The notes: generated by a model from the letters alone, not told the origin. 62,409 nucleotides of DNA, filler included, from an uncultured Methanosarcinales archaeon (GCA_964434475.1; 3 parts of 3 records of this genome joined end to end with filler, not necessarily neighbours in it), one strand, 5' to 3'. Shown: positions 19,856 through 29,445, counted from the first letter of the whole stretch. Made by a program: numbers and translations.

Positions 19856-21220
19856 TTAAATCTTTTTCTTCATTATGCCTTCTGCTGCTAATATTCCTGT
19901 TACTGCGGCCTGCACAATACCGCCTGTTTGTCCACATCCGTCTCCTGCTAAAAATAATCCGCTAACTTGTGATTCCATATTTTGGTCAATAGCTCCACGC
20001 ATTGATTGAAATTTTATTTCAGGTGCATAAAGTAAGGTATTATTTCCTCTGTATATTCCAGGCATTATCACGTCTAACCTTTCGAGATACTTTAATAAAC
20101 CTTTCATTATCTTTTCAGGCATTGCCAAGCTGATATCTCCTGGAATCGCATCTTTCAATGTTGGATTTACATTAGACATCTTTAATCTTTCTTCTGTCGA
20201 TCTTCTATCCAGCTTAAGGTCTGCCAATCTTTGCACGATTGGCTTTTTTCTGCCAAGATGATTGAACATTTTGGCTATATTCATACCATATTCGGATGTA
20301 TTTGTTCTTGGCTTTGTTAGTTCTACTCTATAAAGTACAGCAAAATTGCAGTTTTTGCTCTTACGGTTTTTTTCTGCATGGCCATTCACTAGATAATAAT
20401 CTCCGTAGTTTTCAGTAACAACAAACCCTTCAGGGTTTGTACAGAAATTTCTTATCAACGCATCCCTGTATAACATCCTGATCTTCGGGTCATACTGCAT
20501 ATCTGTTATTGGCTTTGTTATAGTATTTAATGTTTCTATTCTAACACCTATATCTATCGGCAGATGAGTCAGAAATATATTGTGTTTGTAGGCTATTTTT
20601 TTGAACCATTGGCTGCCTTCTCTTCCTGGAGCCAGTATAATATATCTTGCATAATATTCTTTATCTTTTATTTTTAAGCCTTTTACTATCTTGTTTTCTA
20701 TTATGATGTCTTCTACTTCATTATTGAAGAAAAACTCGACATTTTTTTGCTTCAGCCTTTCCCTGAAGTTTTTCATGACGCCAAACAATTTATCACTGCC
20801 TATGTGTTTTTGTTTTATCACTACAAATTCCTGTCCGTTTTGCAGTGCTTTATAAACTAGTTTTTCAGCTTCTCCATTGATTGTCGAATATTCTGTGACA
20901 GCGGAAAGTTCTGTAAAAACATTATCAACAATATCAATATACTTCTCAGGTTCTTTAGTAAATTCGTGTAAATCTCCTCCTACTTTAGGATGAAAGTTCA
21001 ACTTGCCGTCTGACTTGCCTCCTGCTCCTCCTAGTCCTGAATATATGTTGCATGGATTACAATTACACTTTGCTTGTGGATTATTTTCCTTAGGGCATAT
21101 TCTTTGTTCTATATCTCTTCCTTTATCAAATATTGCTACTTTTTTACCTTGTGCAGAAAGAGTGTCTGCAGCAAATAGGCCTGCAGGCCCTGCTCCGACT
21201 ATTATTACATCATACAACAT
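19856..21220 (-). CDS. FAD-dependent oxidoreductase (COG2509-like)
   Basis: DVIIVGAGPAG, Cys-rich CPK..CNCNPC-GLGGAG..SDGKL, DIGVRIE, FCTNPEGFV, YAPEIKF and AGDG.G.TGG. Confidence 0.88.
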   Translation of the reverse strand: MLYDVIIVGAGPAGLFAADTLSAQGKKVAIFDKGRDIEQRICPKENNPQAKCNCNPCNIYSGLGGAGGKSDGKLNFHPKVGGDLHEFTKEPEKYIDIVDNVFTELSAVTEYSTINGEAEKLVYKALQNGQEFVVIKQKHIGSDKLFGVMKNFRERLKQKNVEFFFNNEVEDIIIENKIVKGLKIKDKEYYARYIILAPGREGSQWFKKIAYKHNIFLTHLPIDIGVRIETLNTITKPITDMQYDPKIRMLYRDALIRNFCTNPEGFVVTENYGDYYLVNGHAEKNRKSKNCNFAVLYRVELTKPRTNTSEYGMNIAKMFNHLGRKKPIVQRLADLKLDRRSTEERLKMSNVNPTLKDAIPGDISLAMPEKIMKGLLKYLERLDVIMPGIYRGNNTLLYAPEIKFQSMRGAIDQNMESQVSGLFLAGDGCGQTGGIVQAAVTGILAAEGIMKKKI

Positions 21221-21272
21221 ATATCACTTATCAAAGAACTTTAAGATGTATTATTTAAACTTTGTTGTGATT

Positions 21273-21327
21273 AGTATGTGCATAGCTAATAATTCTTGAA
21301 ATCATCGCATCTATATTCTCCAGTACA
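21273..21327. mobile_element. IS terminus (end A) of an unassembled insertion sequence
   Basis: AGTATGTGCATAGCT (21273-21287) is identical to 42698-42712; preceded by GTGATT (21267-21272); the contig ends exactly 55 nt into it. Confidence 0.75.
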
Positions 21328-21427
21328 NNNNNNNNNNNNNNNNNNNNNNNNNNNNNNNNNNNNNNNNNNNNTTAATTAATTAANNNNNNNNNNNNNNNNN
21401 NNNNNNNNNNNNNNNNNNNNNNNNNNN
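21328..21427. other. Artificial contig linker
   Basis: 100 nt of N surrounding TTAATTAATTAA (stops in all six frames). Confidence 0.97.
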
Positions 21428-21678
21428 AATATTGCAAAATTAATAAATATAGAAATTGCAAGAATTTTCAAATCGTACATAGTAAATATACAATCAAAAC
21501 ATTTAAATATAAGTTAGCATATTATATAATAAAGAAAAAATCAAGTTTTTTTGGCGGAAAACTCGATTTTAAAGCAAAAAAATTCATTTAAGGTCCGTAA
21601 AACCTCAAATAAGTGTTTTTTAACAATTTTGGCGTTAAATAAGACGTTTTTAACGAAATAGTGTGTCTATTTCTTAGA

Positions 21679-21726
21679 TAGAGTATACACAATTTAGTAT
21701 ATAAAGATTATTATACTCTAGTATAC
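21679..21726 (+). promoter_or_regulatory. ftsZ promoter with AGTATA/TATACT repeats
   Basis: TATATAAA (21698-21705) flanked by the inverted repeat TAGAGTATA (21679-21687)/TATACTCTA (21712-21720); further AGTATA at 21696 and 21720. Confidence 0.5.
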
Positions 21727-21762
21727 ATATCCAAAAAGAAATAAAAAGGGGGAGAGAAAAAA

Positions 21763-22836
21763 ATGGATTTTATCATTGAAAATGCAATGAAAACCTCTGA
21801 AGACATGAATCTCGAGGAATTGCAAGTAGGACAAGCAAACATCAAAGTCATAGGTGTTGGCGGAGCAGGCAACAATATGGTTGGCTGGCTATACAAAAAA
21901 GGTGTTAAAGGCGCTGAAATAATAGCGTGCAATACTGACCAACAACATCTTAACATAACTGAAGCAGACAGGAAATTTCTATTAGGAAGAGACACAACCA
22001 GAGGATTAGGTTGCGGAGGATTCCCTGAAAAAGGCGCTGAATCAGCCAAAGAAAGCATGGCAGACGTAAAAGAGTCAATAAAATCAGCAGATATGTGTTT
22101 TGTTTGCGCAGGTATGGGCGGAGGAACAGGAACAGGTGCTGCACCAGTAGTAGCTCAAGTTGCAAAAGACAACGGAAGCATAGTTATAGGTACAGTCACC
22201 ATGCCATTCAAGATTGAAAGAGCTAGAGTTGATAAGGCTGAATTCGGTCTACAACAACTAAGACAAGTTAGCGATACTGTTATTGTCATAGATAACAACA
22301 GATTAGTGAAAATTGCAGGTAATCTACCTATTCAACAAGCTTTTGCTGTAGCTAATGAATTGATAGCTACTATGATAAAAGGAATCGTTGAAACAATTGC
22401 TGTTCCTAGTTTAGTTAACTTAGACTATGCAGATGTAAAAGCTATAATGACAAACGGAGGAGTTGCAGCTATCGGAGTTGGAAGCAGCGACACTAACAAC
22501 AGAGTAGATGAAGCAGTAAAAGGCGCATTAAGTAATCCACTATTGGATATAAACTACGAAGGGTCTACAGGAGCATTGATCCATATTTCAGGCGGACCAG
22601 ATATGACACTGGACGAAGTGAGCAAAATAGGAGAATTAGTTACAGAAACATTAGATGAAGATGCAAACGTAATATGGGGAGCTAGAGTAAGTGAAGAGAT
22701 GAAAGGAAAGATGACAGTTATGACAATCATAACAGGCGTTAAATCTCCTTGGATACTAGGAAAAGTGGATTCAAGACATGTAAGTAGAGAAACACAACAG
22801 ATAAGCGACGAATTAGGCATAGAAATAGTAAGATAA
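21763..22836 (+). CDS. ftsZ: Cell division protein FtsZ
   Basis: [21 protein letters not shown] signature and VNLDYADV. Confidence 0.98.
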   Translation: MDFIIENAMKTSEDMNLEELQVGQANIKVIGVGGAGNNMVGWLYKKGVKGAEIIACNTDQQHLNITEADRKFLLGRDTTRGLGCGGFPEKGAESAKESMADVKESIKSADMCFVCAGMGGGTGTGAAPVVAQVAKDNGSIVIGTVTMPFKIERARVDKAEFGLQQLRQVSDTVIVIDNNRLVKIAGNLPIQQAFAVANELIATMIKGIVETIAVPSLVNLDYADVKAIMTNGGVAAIGVGSSDTNNRVDEAVKGALSNPLLDINYEGSTGALIHISGGPDMTLDEVSKIGELVTETLDEDANVIWGARVSEEMKGKMTVMTIITGVKSPWILGKVDSRHVSRETQQISDELGIEIVR

Positions 22837-22850
22837 AAGTATATAAAATC

Positions 22851-22963
22851 AGGCACACTTTCAAGGCTTGGAAGTGTGCCTTTCATGCTCTTTAGTGGTG
22901 TGTGGGCATATTTCTGACTCTTATCAGTCACCCCCAACCCAAACTATGCCCACACCATTTTTT
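22851..22963 (+). ncRNA. Structured element downstream of ftsZ (candidate sRNA or structured 3' UTR plus terminator)
   Basis: Stem AGGCACACTT/AAGTGTGCCT (22851-22881); stem GTGTGGGCATA/TATGCCCACAC (22900-22955) enclosing TGACT/AGTCA and an unpaired CCCCCAACCC; T-tract; GC-rich relative to the surroundings. Confidence 0.5.
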
Positions 22964-23021
22964 CTTATTTATTATGTTAAAGCAGATTAAACTTTTAAAT
23001 CATCATTGATTTTCTTTCTTT

Positions 23022-23438
23022 ATGATAAGAAAAACACCTCTGGATACCTACAAGGAAAAGGGGGTAGAAATGTTTAAAGAATATCGCAGTCAGAAAAAGA
23101 TATGCCAACATATTGCATCAAGATATCAACAAGGTTGGCTACCTTTAGGTATTGTAATGTTCAAACCTGCGATAAATAAATATGATAAAGGCAGAAATGA
23201 TGTTGCAGATGCAATAGTTGATATCATAGAATCTGAAGGGGAGATAAAGTTCAAAGACTGCCATTTTATTGATGATGATATCTGCAATGCATTAAAGGAG
23301 ATAACATCCAGTGTTCCTATAACTATAGATCATATGATTTCAGAACACGGAGCATACCATCTTATGATAGACAGGAATGCTTTTTTATTGAGCGGATATC
23401 ATGAACCCAGGGCTGTTCAATGGTATATAAGAAGATAA
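23022..23438 (+). CDS. Hypothetical protein
   Basis: 138-aa ORF with TTTTAAAT about 28 nt upstream. Confidence 0.55.
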   Translation: MIRKTPLDTYKEKGVEMFKEYRSQKKICQHIASRYQQGWLPLGIVMFKPAINKYDKGRNDVADAIVDIIESEGEIKFKDCHFIDDDICNALKEITSSVPITIDHMISEHGAYHLMIDRNAFLLSGYHEPRAVQWYIRR

Positions 23439-23452
23439 AAAATAAATAATTA

Positions 23453-23923
23453 TTATTTATTCTTTGCTTGGGTTATACAGTCATTAAGCACAGTATAATC
23501 ATCAGGTGTATGCATATAATGATATCTATTCATCTCGTCGCTAACATCTATGACTGGGTTCTGTTGTACAAGCAAAGATACATCGATGTCAAACTCATCT
23601 TTTATGGCTTGCGTCACTTTTTTTCTTGTGCCTGCAAAATGATTGCTGTATAGTTTTCTTGTCTCTATCCTTACCGAAATTTTATCTCCTTGGTTATACG
23701 CGCCGCAATTATTCATAACAACCGCACTGATATCTGCATAATGGCTTGAAGACCTGTTTACTAATTGGAATCCGTTCCTTATCGTTTCGATGTCTTCTCT
23801 TACGCCAAAGCTGTATTTTACTTCTGTGCCTGTATTATACGGAGTGCCTTTAGTATGTCCAACACATATATGATCTCCTGAGTTGTGTTCTATATGTAAT
23901 ATTTCTTCTAATCTTGCTTTCAT
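23453..23923 (-). CDS. Hypothetical protein
   Basis: Open frame with SD GGAGGA before the ATG at 23923. Confidence 0.55.
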   Translation of the reverse strand: MKARLEEILHIEHNSGDHICVGHTKGTPYNTGTEVKYSFGVREDIETIRNGFQLVNRSSSHYADISAVVMNNCGAYNQGDKISVRIETRKLYSNHFAGTRKKVTQAIKDEFDIDVSLLVQQNPVIDVSDEMNRYHYMHTPDDYTVLNDCITQAKNK

Positions 23924-24157
23924 TTTTTCATCCTCCAAGGGAGATTGAAGAACTTTATGAGAACCAAGTTTTCCCTTGTAAGAGAGTAAGAATAGATAAT
24001 TTATAAAATTTATCCTAAAACAGATGCGTCACAAGACTCGTTCGCTCAATTGAAACATAATCTAAAGAATACTAATCTGCTGACAATATTATCTTACGAA
24101 TAGAATATTAACTCACTGGTTAATTGGCGTCTTTGGACACTCCATCATAATAAAGAA

Positions 24158-24841
24158 TCAATCTTCTTCTTTCGCTTTCTTTATCTCTTCTTTTATGTCG
24201 CTCACTTTTTTGCTCACTTTGCCAGGAAGATCCTTAAGCTTGCCTTTCATTCCTGAAAGCATCTGCTGTATCTTAACTGAGGTCCAGCCAAAATATGCGA
24301 CAACATCCTTTATCTTTGATCTCCAGCTGTCAAAATAGAACATATTCTCTATAGGATATTTAGGAGGCATAGGATTTTTCTCGTCAGGATAACCTATAGG
24401 TATTATCGCTTGAGGTCTGTGCTCGTCTGGAATTCCGCATATTCTTTTTACCATATTCTCATCAAAAGCTCCTATCCAGCAGCTTCCTAGGCCGTATGCA
24501 TGAGCTGCAAGTGTTATATTTTCAGCAGCAGCAGCACAATTCTGCACAGAATATAATCTTTCTCCTCTAATTCCATAATATCTTTTTGCCACTATAGGCT
24601 CAGCTACAACAACGATGATTACTGGAGCTGTTGCAACCCAATACTGCTGTAGTGCAGCATCAGCTAACGCTCGTCTTTTACCTGGATCAAATACAACAAC
24701 AAACTTGAAATTCATAAGATTCCCTGCTGTTGGAGCCAGCCTACCGCAATCGACGATATTAGCTATAGTCTCAAAAGGAATAGGTACATCCATAAATTTT
24801 CTGATGGTTCTTCTCGTTCTTATACAATCTATTGCATCCAT
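24158..24841 (-). CDS. Nitroreductase family protein
   Basis: MDAIDCIRTRRTIRKF, APTAGN, AHAYGLGSCWIGAF and IPIGYP. True start at 24841; the longer ORF-track start overlaps the ligase. Confidence 0.9.
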   Translation of the reverse strand: MDAIDCIRTRRTIRKFMDVPIPFETIANIVDCGRLAPTAGNLMNFKFVVVFDPGKRRALADAALQQYWVATAPVIIVVVAEPIVAKRYYGIRGERLYSVQNCAAAAENITLAAHAYGLGSCWIGAFDENMVKRICGIPDEHRPQAIIPIGYPDEKNPMPPKYPIENMFYFDSWRSKIKDVVAYFGWTSVKIQQMLSGMKGKLKDLPGKVSKKVSDIKEEIKKAKEED

Positions 24842-24875
24842 AAGGTATTTAAATGAGTTCTGATATTTAAACTTT

Positions 24876-26789
24876 ATGCAGTACTCTAAATTAATTAAGC
24901 TATATGAGAAATTGAATTCTACTACAAAAAGGCTGGATAAGACATATTTTATTGCTGAATTCCTGAAGGATTGCAAGAAAGAGGAATTGGATATTGTGAT
25001 GCCTTTGCTGCAGGCCAAAGTGTTTCCTCCATGGGATGAAAGAAAGATAGGAGTTTCTGACAAGTATGTTATCAAGGCAATAAGTATAGCAACAGGCTTT
25101 AGTGCCAACGTTATAGAAAAAGAATGGAAAAATACAGGAGATTTGGGAGAGGCTGCAAACAATCTGATTGAAAATAAAAATCAATCAACTTTGTTCAGCA
25201 AGAAATTAAGCGTGAAAAAAATAGTAGACAATATTAGGAAATTAGCAGAGATGACTGGAGCAGGAAGTGTAGATCAAAAGGTCAAGCTTATAGCAGAGCT
25301 CTATACAAGTGCAAAATCAGCAGAAGCTAAATATATCACAAGACTTATACTCGAAGATCTAAGAGTAGGAGTAGGAGAAAGCTCTATAAGAGATGCTATT
25401 GCGTGGGCATATCTTCCACCTGTATATGGGGTAATGTTCTACTGTAAAGAATGCAAAAAATTTGTTCCAAAAACAAAAAAATGCATATTATGCAAAAATG
25501 CACTAGATACCAAGTTAGAGATGAAGTTTGACAATTTCAAAGTATTGAGAGTAAAAAATTTCAAAGAAATAGATAACTCTGAATTGCATAAATACGATAT
25601 TATCCTGACAGATAATGAAAAATCAGCAAGAAACATATACGACCACATCATAAACAAGATACAGAACGCAATAGACATATCTAATGATCTGTCATTGACT
25701 GCTAAGAAAATCAAAGAAAAAGGGTTGAAAGGTCTAAAGGATATTGAGATGCAGCCGTTGAATCCGATAAAAGTCATGCTTTACCCAAAAGCTAAAGATA
25801 TAAAGGATGCTTTTGAAAGATTAGGAAGACCGATGGCTCTGGAGTATAAATATGACGGCTTTAGGCTCAACATACACAGACTGAAAAATAAGATTAAATT
25901 ATTTACAAGGAGGTTAGAAGATGTTACTACCCAGTTTCCTGACGTAATAAAATTTGTCAAGGAACACATAGATTGTGAAAATTACATATTGGATTCTGAA
26001 ATTGTCGGTTATGATAAAAAGACAGGAAAATATCTGCCGTTTCAAAGCATAAGCCAAAGGATAAAAAGAAAATATGATATAGACAAGATGGCTAAAGATT
26101 ATCCTGTTGTAGTCACTGTTTTTGACATAATGGAGTATAACGGCAAAAGTATGCTTAATTCCCCTTTCATAGAAAGACGTAAAATACTTGAGAACATAAC
26201 AACAGAAGCAAATAAAAAAATCTTGTTGGCAAAACAATTAATAACTGAAAAAGAAGAAGAAGCCAATGCATTCTACCAAGAATCATTACAAGCAGGAGAA
26301 GAAGGAGTAATGGCCAAATCATTGGATGCTCCTTATAAACCAGGAGCTAGGATAGGTTATGGCTTAAAGATCAAACCAGTGATGGAGAGTTTGGATCTTG
26401 TCATAGTAAATGCAGAATGGGGCACAGGTAAAAGAGGAAAATGGCTAAGTTCATTTACTTTAGCCTGTCGTGATGACGGAGAATTTTTGGAAATAGGAAA
26501 AGTAGGCACTGGATTCAAGGAAAAATCTGGAGAAGGGTTAAGCTTTGAACAACTAACTAAACTGTTGAAGCCTTTGATACTCGATGAAAAAGGAAGACAA
26601 GTCGAAATACAACCTCAGATTGTCATAGAAGTAAACTTTGAAGAGATACAGAAGTCGCCAACTTATTCTTCAGGCTATGCATTAAGATTTCCAAGAGTTA
26701 TCAGACTAAGGGAAGACAGAGCTCCAGATGAATGTTCTGACATAGAACTAGTCGAGGAACTGTATTATAGCCAAAGAGGAAGAGGATAA
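24876..26789 (+). CDS. lig: ATP-dependent DNA ligase with Cys4 insertion
   Basis: EYKYDGFR adenylation motif, LDSEIV, EGVMAK, DLVIV..EWG.GKR and ALRFPR. Confidence 0.95.
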   Translation: MQYSKLIKLYEKLNSTTKRLDKTYFIAEFLKDCKKEELDIVMPLLQAKVFPPWDERKIGVSDKYVIKAISIATGFSANVIEKEWKNTGDLGEAANNLIENKNQSTLFSKKLSVKKIVDNIRKLAEMTGAGSVDQKVKLIAELYTSAKSAEAKYITRLILEDLRVGVGESSIRDAIAWAYLPPVYGVMFYCKECKKFVPKTKKCILCKNALDTKLEMKFDNFKVLRVKNFKEIDNSELHKYDIILTDNEKSARNIYDHIINKIQNAIDISNDLSLTAKKIKEKGLKGLKDIEMQPLNPIKVMLYPKAKDIKDAFERLGRPMALEYKYDGFRLNIHRLKNKIKLFTRRLEDVTTQFPDVIKFVKEHIDCENYILDSEIVGYDKKTGKYLPFQSISQRIKRKYDIDKMAKDYPVVVTVFDIMEYNGKSMLNSPFIERRKILENITTEANKKILLAKQLITEKEEEANAFYQESLQAGEEGVMAKSLDAPYKPGARIGYGLKIKPVMESLDLVIVNAEWGTGKRGKWLSSFTLACRDDGEFLEIGKVGTGFKEKSGEGLSFEQLTKLLKPLILDEKGRQVEIQPQIVIEVNFEEIQKSPTYSSGYALRFPRVIRLREDRAPDECSDIELVEELYYSQRGRG

Positions 26790-26853
26790 TTTAACCACTT
26801 TCTCAGGACTAAACAATAGTTAGTTTTATAAATAAAATACACATATAAGATAT

Positions 26854-27048
26854 ATGTTCGAAACATTAGAATACATGGTAAGTACATTTCCAAAAGAATT
26901 TGAGAAAGGATATTATTCAACCGAAGATAAAATAGAAGGCAACACATTACCTTTCTATATAGGCAAGACAATAGGCACCCCTTTTAATTATGCTGCAGAT
27001 AAGATAATATATTTTTTGTTTGATGTGCTTGCAGAAAAATACATGTAA
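26854..27048 (+). CDS. Small hypothetical protein
   Basis: 64-aa ORF with TTTATAAA about 28 nt upstream. Confidence 0.45.
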   Translation: MFETLEYMVSTFPKEFEKGYYSTEDKIEGNTLPFYIGKTIGTPFNYAADKIIYFLFDVLAEKYM

Positions 27049-27322
27049 CAAACATTTAGGAAAGAGGCTACTTTAAATTAGAGAGAAATTCTACAAAAAA
27101 TAGGTAAATTGTTCTAAATCATCCCTGCAGTCTTCTGTCACGTTTGAAATATGTATAGGTACAATAGCACAATAATTTATTATATGTGAGATACCATCAC
27201 CTCTTTATCCTAAGAATAATTTCTCTTTTATGAGACTCTTTTTATGGTAATCAATAATTTCATTAAATTCTTTACCATTATTTTTTTCTATAGAATTTTG
27301 TAATCATTAAAAAAATAAGATA

Positions 27323-27937
27323 TTATTTCTTCGTCATCTTACCATTAGCGTTTGAGAATATGTTCTCTATCTGCACATCATCAGAAGTAAAGTCTCCTCT
27401 TCTTTGATTATATGGTTCTTCTTTTTTTTTTTCGGGGTTTGATTGTTTCTGCTGCGGATTATTAGTCTGTTCATACCTCTCACCCAAAGTTTCAGGTTTA
27501 GATGAACTTATATTATCTATCCTTGAGTTTACAGCGTTTATATCTTTCTGTAAAGAACTCATCTTTGATTCAATATTTGTTCTGAATTCCACAAAATATT
27601 TGCCAAAATCCTGCAACACCTGCTCTAGCTTTGCAACCCTTTTTAATAATTCAGGATCTATAGTTTGCTGTTGAGTTTGAGCAATAGTTTGTTGTTCGCT
27701 TTTTTGCTCTTGCTTCACATCTTGCTGCACATCTTGCTGCACATCTTGCTGCACATCTTGCTTCACATCTTGCTTCACATCTTGCTTCACATCTTGCTGC
27801 GGCTCTTTATGCTCTTCTTCCTTTTTATGGTGTAATTCTTTAAGAGCATCATCTATATTAGGATAAATACCATTATTTACCATTGTTTTCGCTACTTCTA
27901 AATCCTTTTGAGCTTGACTTAAATAATCCATGTTCAT
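27323..27937 (-). CDS. Coiled-coil protein with Q-rich tandem repeat
   Basis: SD GAGGT; (Q/K)QDV repeats, central coiled coil, C-terminal NQRRGDFTSDDVQIENIF. Confidence 0.75.
   Translation of the reverse strand: MNMDYLSQAQKDLEVAKTMVNNGIYPNIDDALKELHHKKEEEHKEPQQDVKQDVKQDVKQDVQQDVQQDVQQDVKQEQKSEQQTIAQTQQQTIDPELLKRVAKLEQVLQDFGKYFVEFRTNIESKMSSLQKDINAVNSRIDNISSSKPETLGERYEQTNNPQQKQSNPEKKKEEPYNQRRGDFTSDDVQIENIFSNANGKMTKK
27709..27800. repeat. 12-bp tandem repeat, 7 full units plus a partial
   Basis: CTTGCT(T/G)CACAT units, coding (K/Q)QDV on the minus strand. Confidence 0.95.
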
Positions 27938-28015
27938 TACCTCTCTTTATTTAAAGAAAAAGTAAACAACTAATATTTAAAAATTTCTATACTTTAGATA
28001 TATAAGAGTGTAAAG

Positions 28016-28528
28016 TTATTTGCCTTTCTTGAAATAAAAAACCTTGAAAGTATTATGGATATTTCTTAATATTTTTGTATGAAAAACTTTCCAAAAAGGC
28101 TCAAAGTATATTATGATAAGGAATAATACGACGATATATGTAACAATATCATAAGTGACCCTAGTCCAATAATCACAGCCCAGGCCTTGTGTGCCACAAG
28201 TCAAGAGCAAACCAATCTCATCTATAAGAAGTCCGAATCCAAAACCATATATCCCTGCAGCAACTCTTTTCAACCTTATGCTGTCTGTAACAAAAGATAT
28301 CCATCCTGCAGCAAGCAGCAGAACTATACCCCAATAATAATGATGAATATGATATGTTTTAACAAAACCCAAACCAAGAACATTGAATCCTGGAAAAAAT
28401 ACAACCACCAATCTAGACAATGCAAAAGCCAACAAAAAGAATAAAAAGATAATAAAAGGCGTTTCCTTTTTTCTTTTAATTATGTCGACTATCCATAATG
28501 TTTTTAAATCTCTGATAATCTTTATCAT
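28016..28528 (-). CDS. Integral membrane protein with HIHH motif
   Basis: About 4 TM segments, YHIHHYYWG and G.GLLIDE.GL; coupled to the DUF1385 gene. Confidence 0.7.
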   Translation of the reverse strand: MIKIIRDLKTLWIVDIIKRKKETPFIIFLFFLLAFALSRLVVVFFPGFNVLGLGFVKTYHIHHYYWGIVLLLAAGWISFVTDSIRLKRVAAGIYGFGFGLLIDEIGLLLTCGTQGLGCDYWTRVTYDIVTYIVVLFLIIIYFEPFWKVFHTKILRNIHNTFKVFYFKKGK

Positions 28529-29397
28529 TTTGCCTTGGTACTTAACTTCGCTTCCATATTTAAAACTTTCTTGAGAGCATCTATCGCAACCTGTATCTGT
28601 TTCTTGTTCGGCTCTTTTGTGGTTATCTTCTGCAGATAAATACCAGGATATATGAGAATCTTAAAAAAAATATTTTGTCTATATTTATCTCCCTGCTTAA
28701 GTACTTCATATGATACGGATGCTATCAGAGGTATGAAAAGTATCCTTGAACCAAGCCTATAATACCAGACAGGACTTTTAACAATGCCGAATATGAATAT
28801 GCTCAGGATAAGAACTACACCTATAAAAGCAGTGCCACATCTAGGATGCAAAGTAGTATATTTCTTAACATTATCAACATTTAATTTTTTACTATGCTCA
28901 TAACAATGTACTGCTTTATGCTCTGCACCATGATACTGAAACAATACCTTGACATCTTCCATCAAAGATATCACATAGATATAGATTATAAAAACTGCAA
29001 TTCTTATGAAACCATCCAATATATTGAACCATGTTCCTGTGCTTGATGTCATCAGTTTAGTAAGATAAAAAGGCACTATTATAAATATCAGAACAGCAAA
29101 CAATAAAGAAGTAGAAATAAGCATAAACATCTCTTTTGCACTCAGTTGATCCTCTTCCTTTTCCTCTACTTGGTTTGCGCTCCACGTTAAACTTCTCATA
29201 CCTATAACAAGCATATCTATAAGATTTGCGATACCTCTGATAAAAGGAATCTTGAAAAATTTAGCATACTGCTTAAGATTCTCTTTTTTTGAAACAATCT
29301 TACCATCAGGCTTTCTTACAGAAGTGACAACATAATGCGGACTTCGCATCATAACGCCTTCTATCACAGCTTGTCCGCCAACCTTTAACTTTGACAT
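28525..29397 (-). CDS. DUF1385 family membrane protein
   Basis: GGQAVIEGVMM, FQYHGAEHK, HPRCGT and LQKITTKEP. Confidence 0.9.
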   Translation of the reverse strand: MSKLKVGGQAVIEGVMMRSPHYVVTSVRKPDGKIVSKKENLKQYAKFFKIPFIRGIANLIDMLVIGMRSLTWSANQVEEKEEDQLSAKEMFMLISTSLLFAVLIFIIVPFYLTKLMTSSTGTWFNILDGFIRIAVFIIYIYVISLMEDVKVLFQYHGAEHKAVHCYEHSKKLNVDNVKKYTTLHPRCGTAFIGVVLILSIFIFGIVKSPVWYYRLGSRILFIPLIASVSYEVLKQGDKYRQNIFFKILIYPGIYLQKITTKEPNKKQIQVAIDALKKVLNMEAKLSTKAK

Positions 29398-29445
29398 GAA
29401 TTATGAAAATCACAAATAATATTTAAAGTATATGGTTTATCGAGG

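Noticed and set aside
21328..21427. TTAATTAATTAA palindrome within N-runs (also at 42753-42852)
   Set aside because: Standard artificial six-frame-stop linker; adjacency across it is not biological.
22851..22963. GC-rich structure as a tRNA or other canonical RNA
   Set aside because: No cloverleaf and no TTCRA T-loop.
24020..24145. Slightly GC-richer intergenic stretch with TTTGGACACTCC, resembling an IS256-type end
   Set aside because: No matching partner repeat, target duplication or transposase found; no convincing stem.
24842..25162. N-terminal extension of the nitroreductase ORF
   Set aside because: It is the antisense of the ligase; the family-typical start is MDAIDCI at 24841.
25410..25630. 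Ligase insertion as an intein
   Set aside because: Too short, with no terminal HN followed by C/S/T and no intein block motifs.
27709..27800. Tandem repeat as a CRISPR array
   Set aside because: 12-bp contiguous units without spacers, in frame within a gene; no cas genes in the window.
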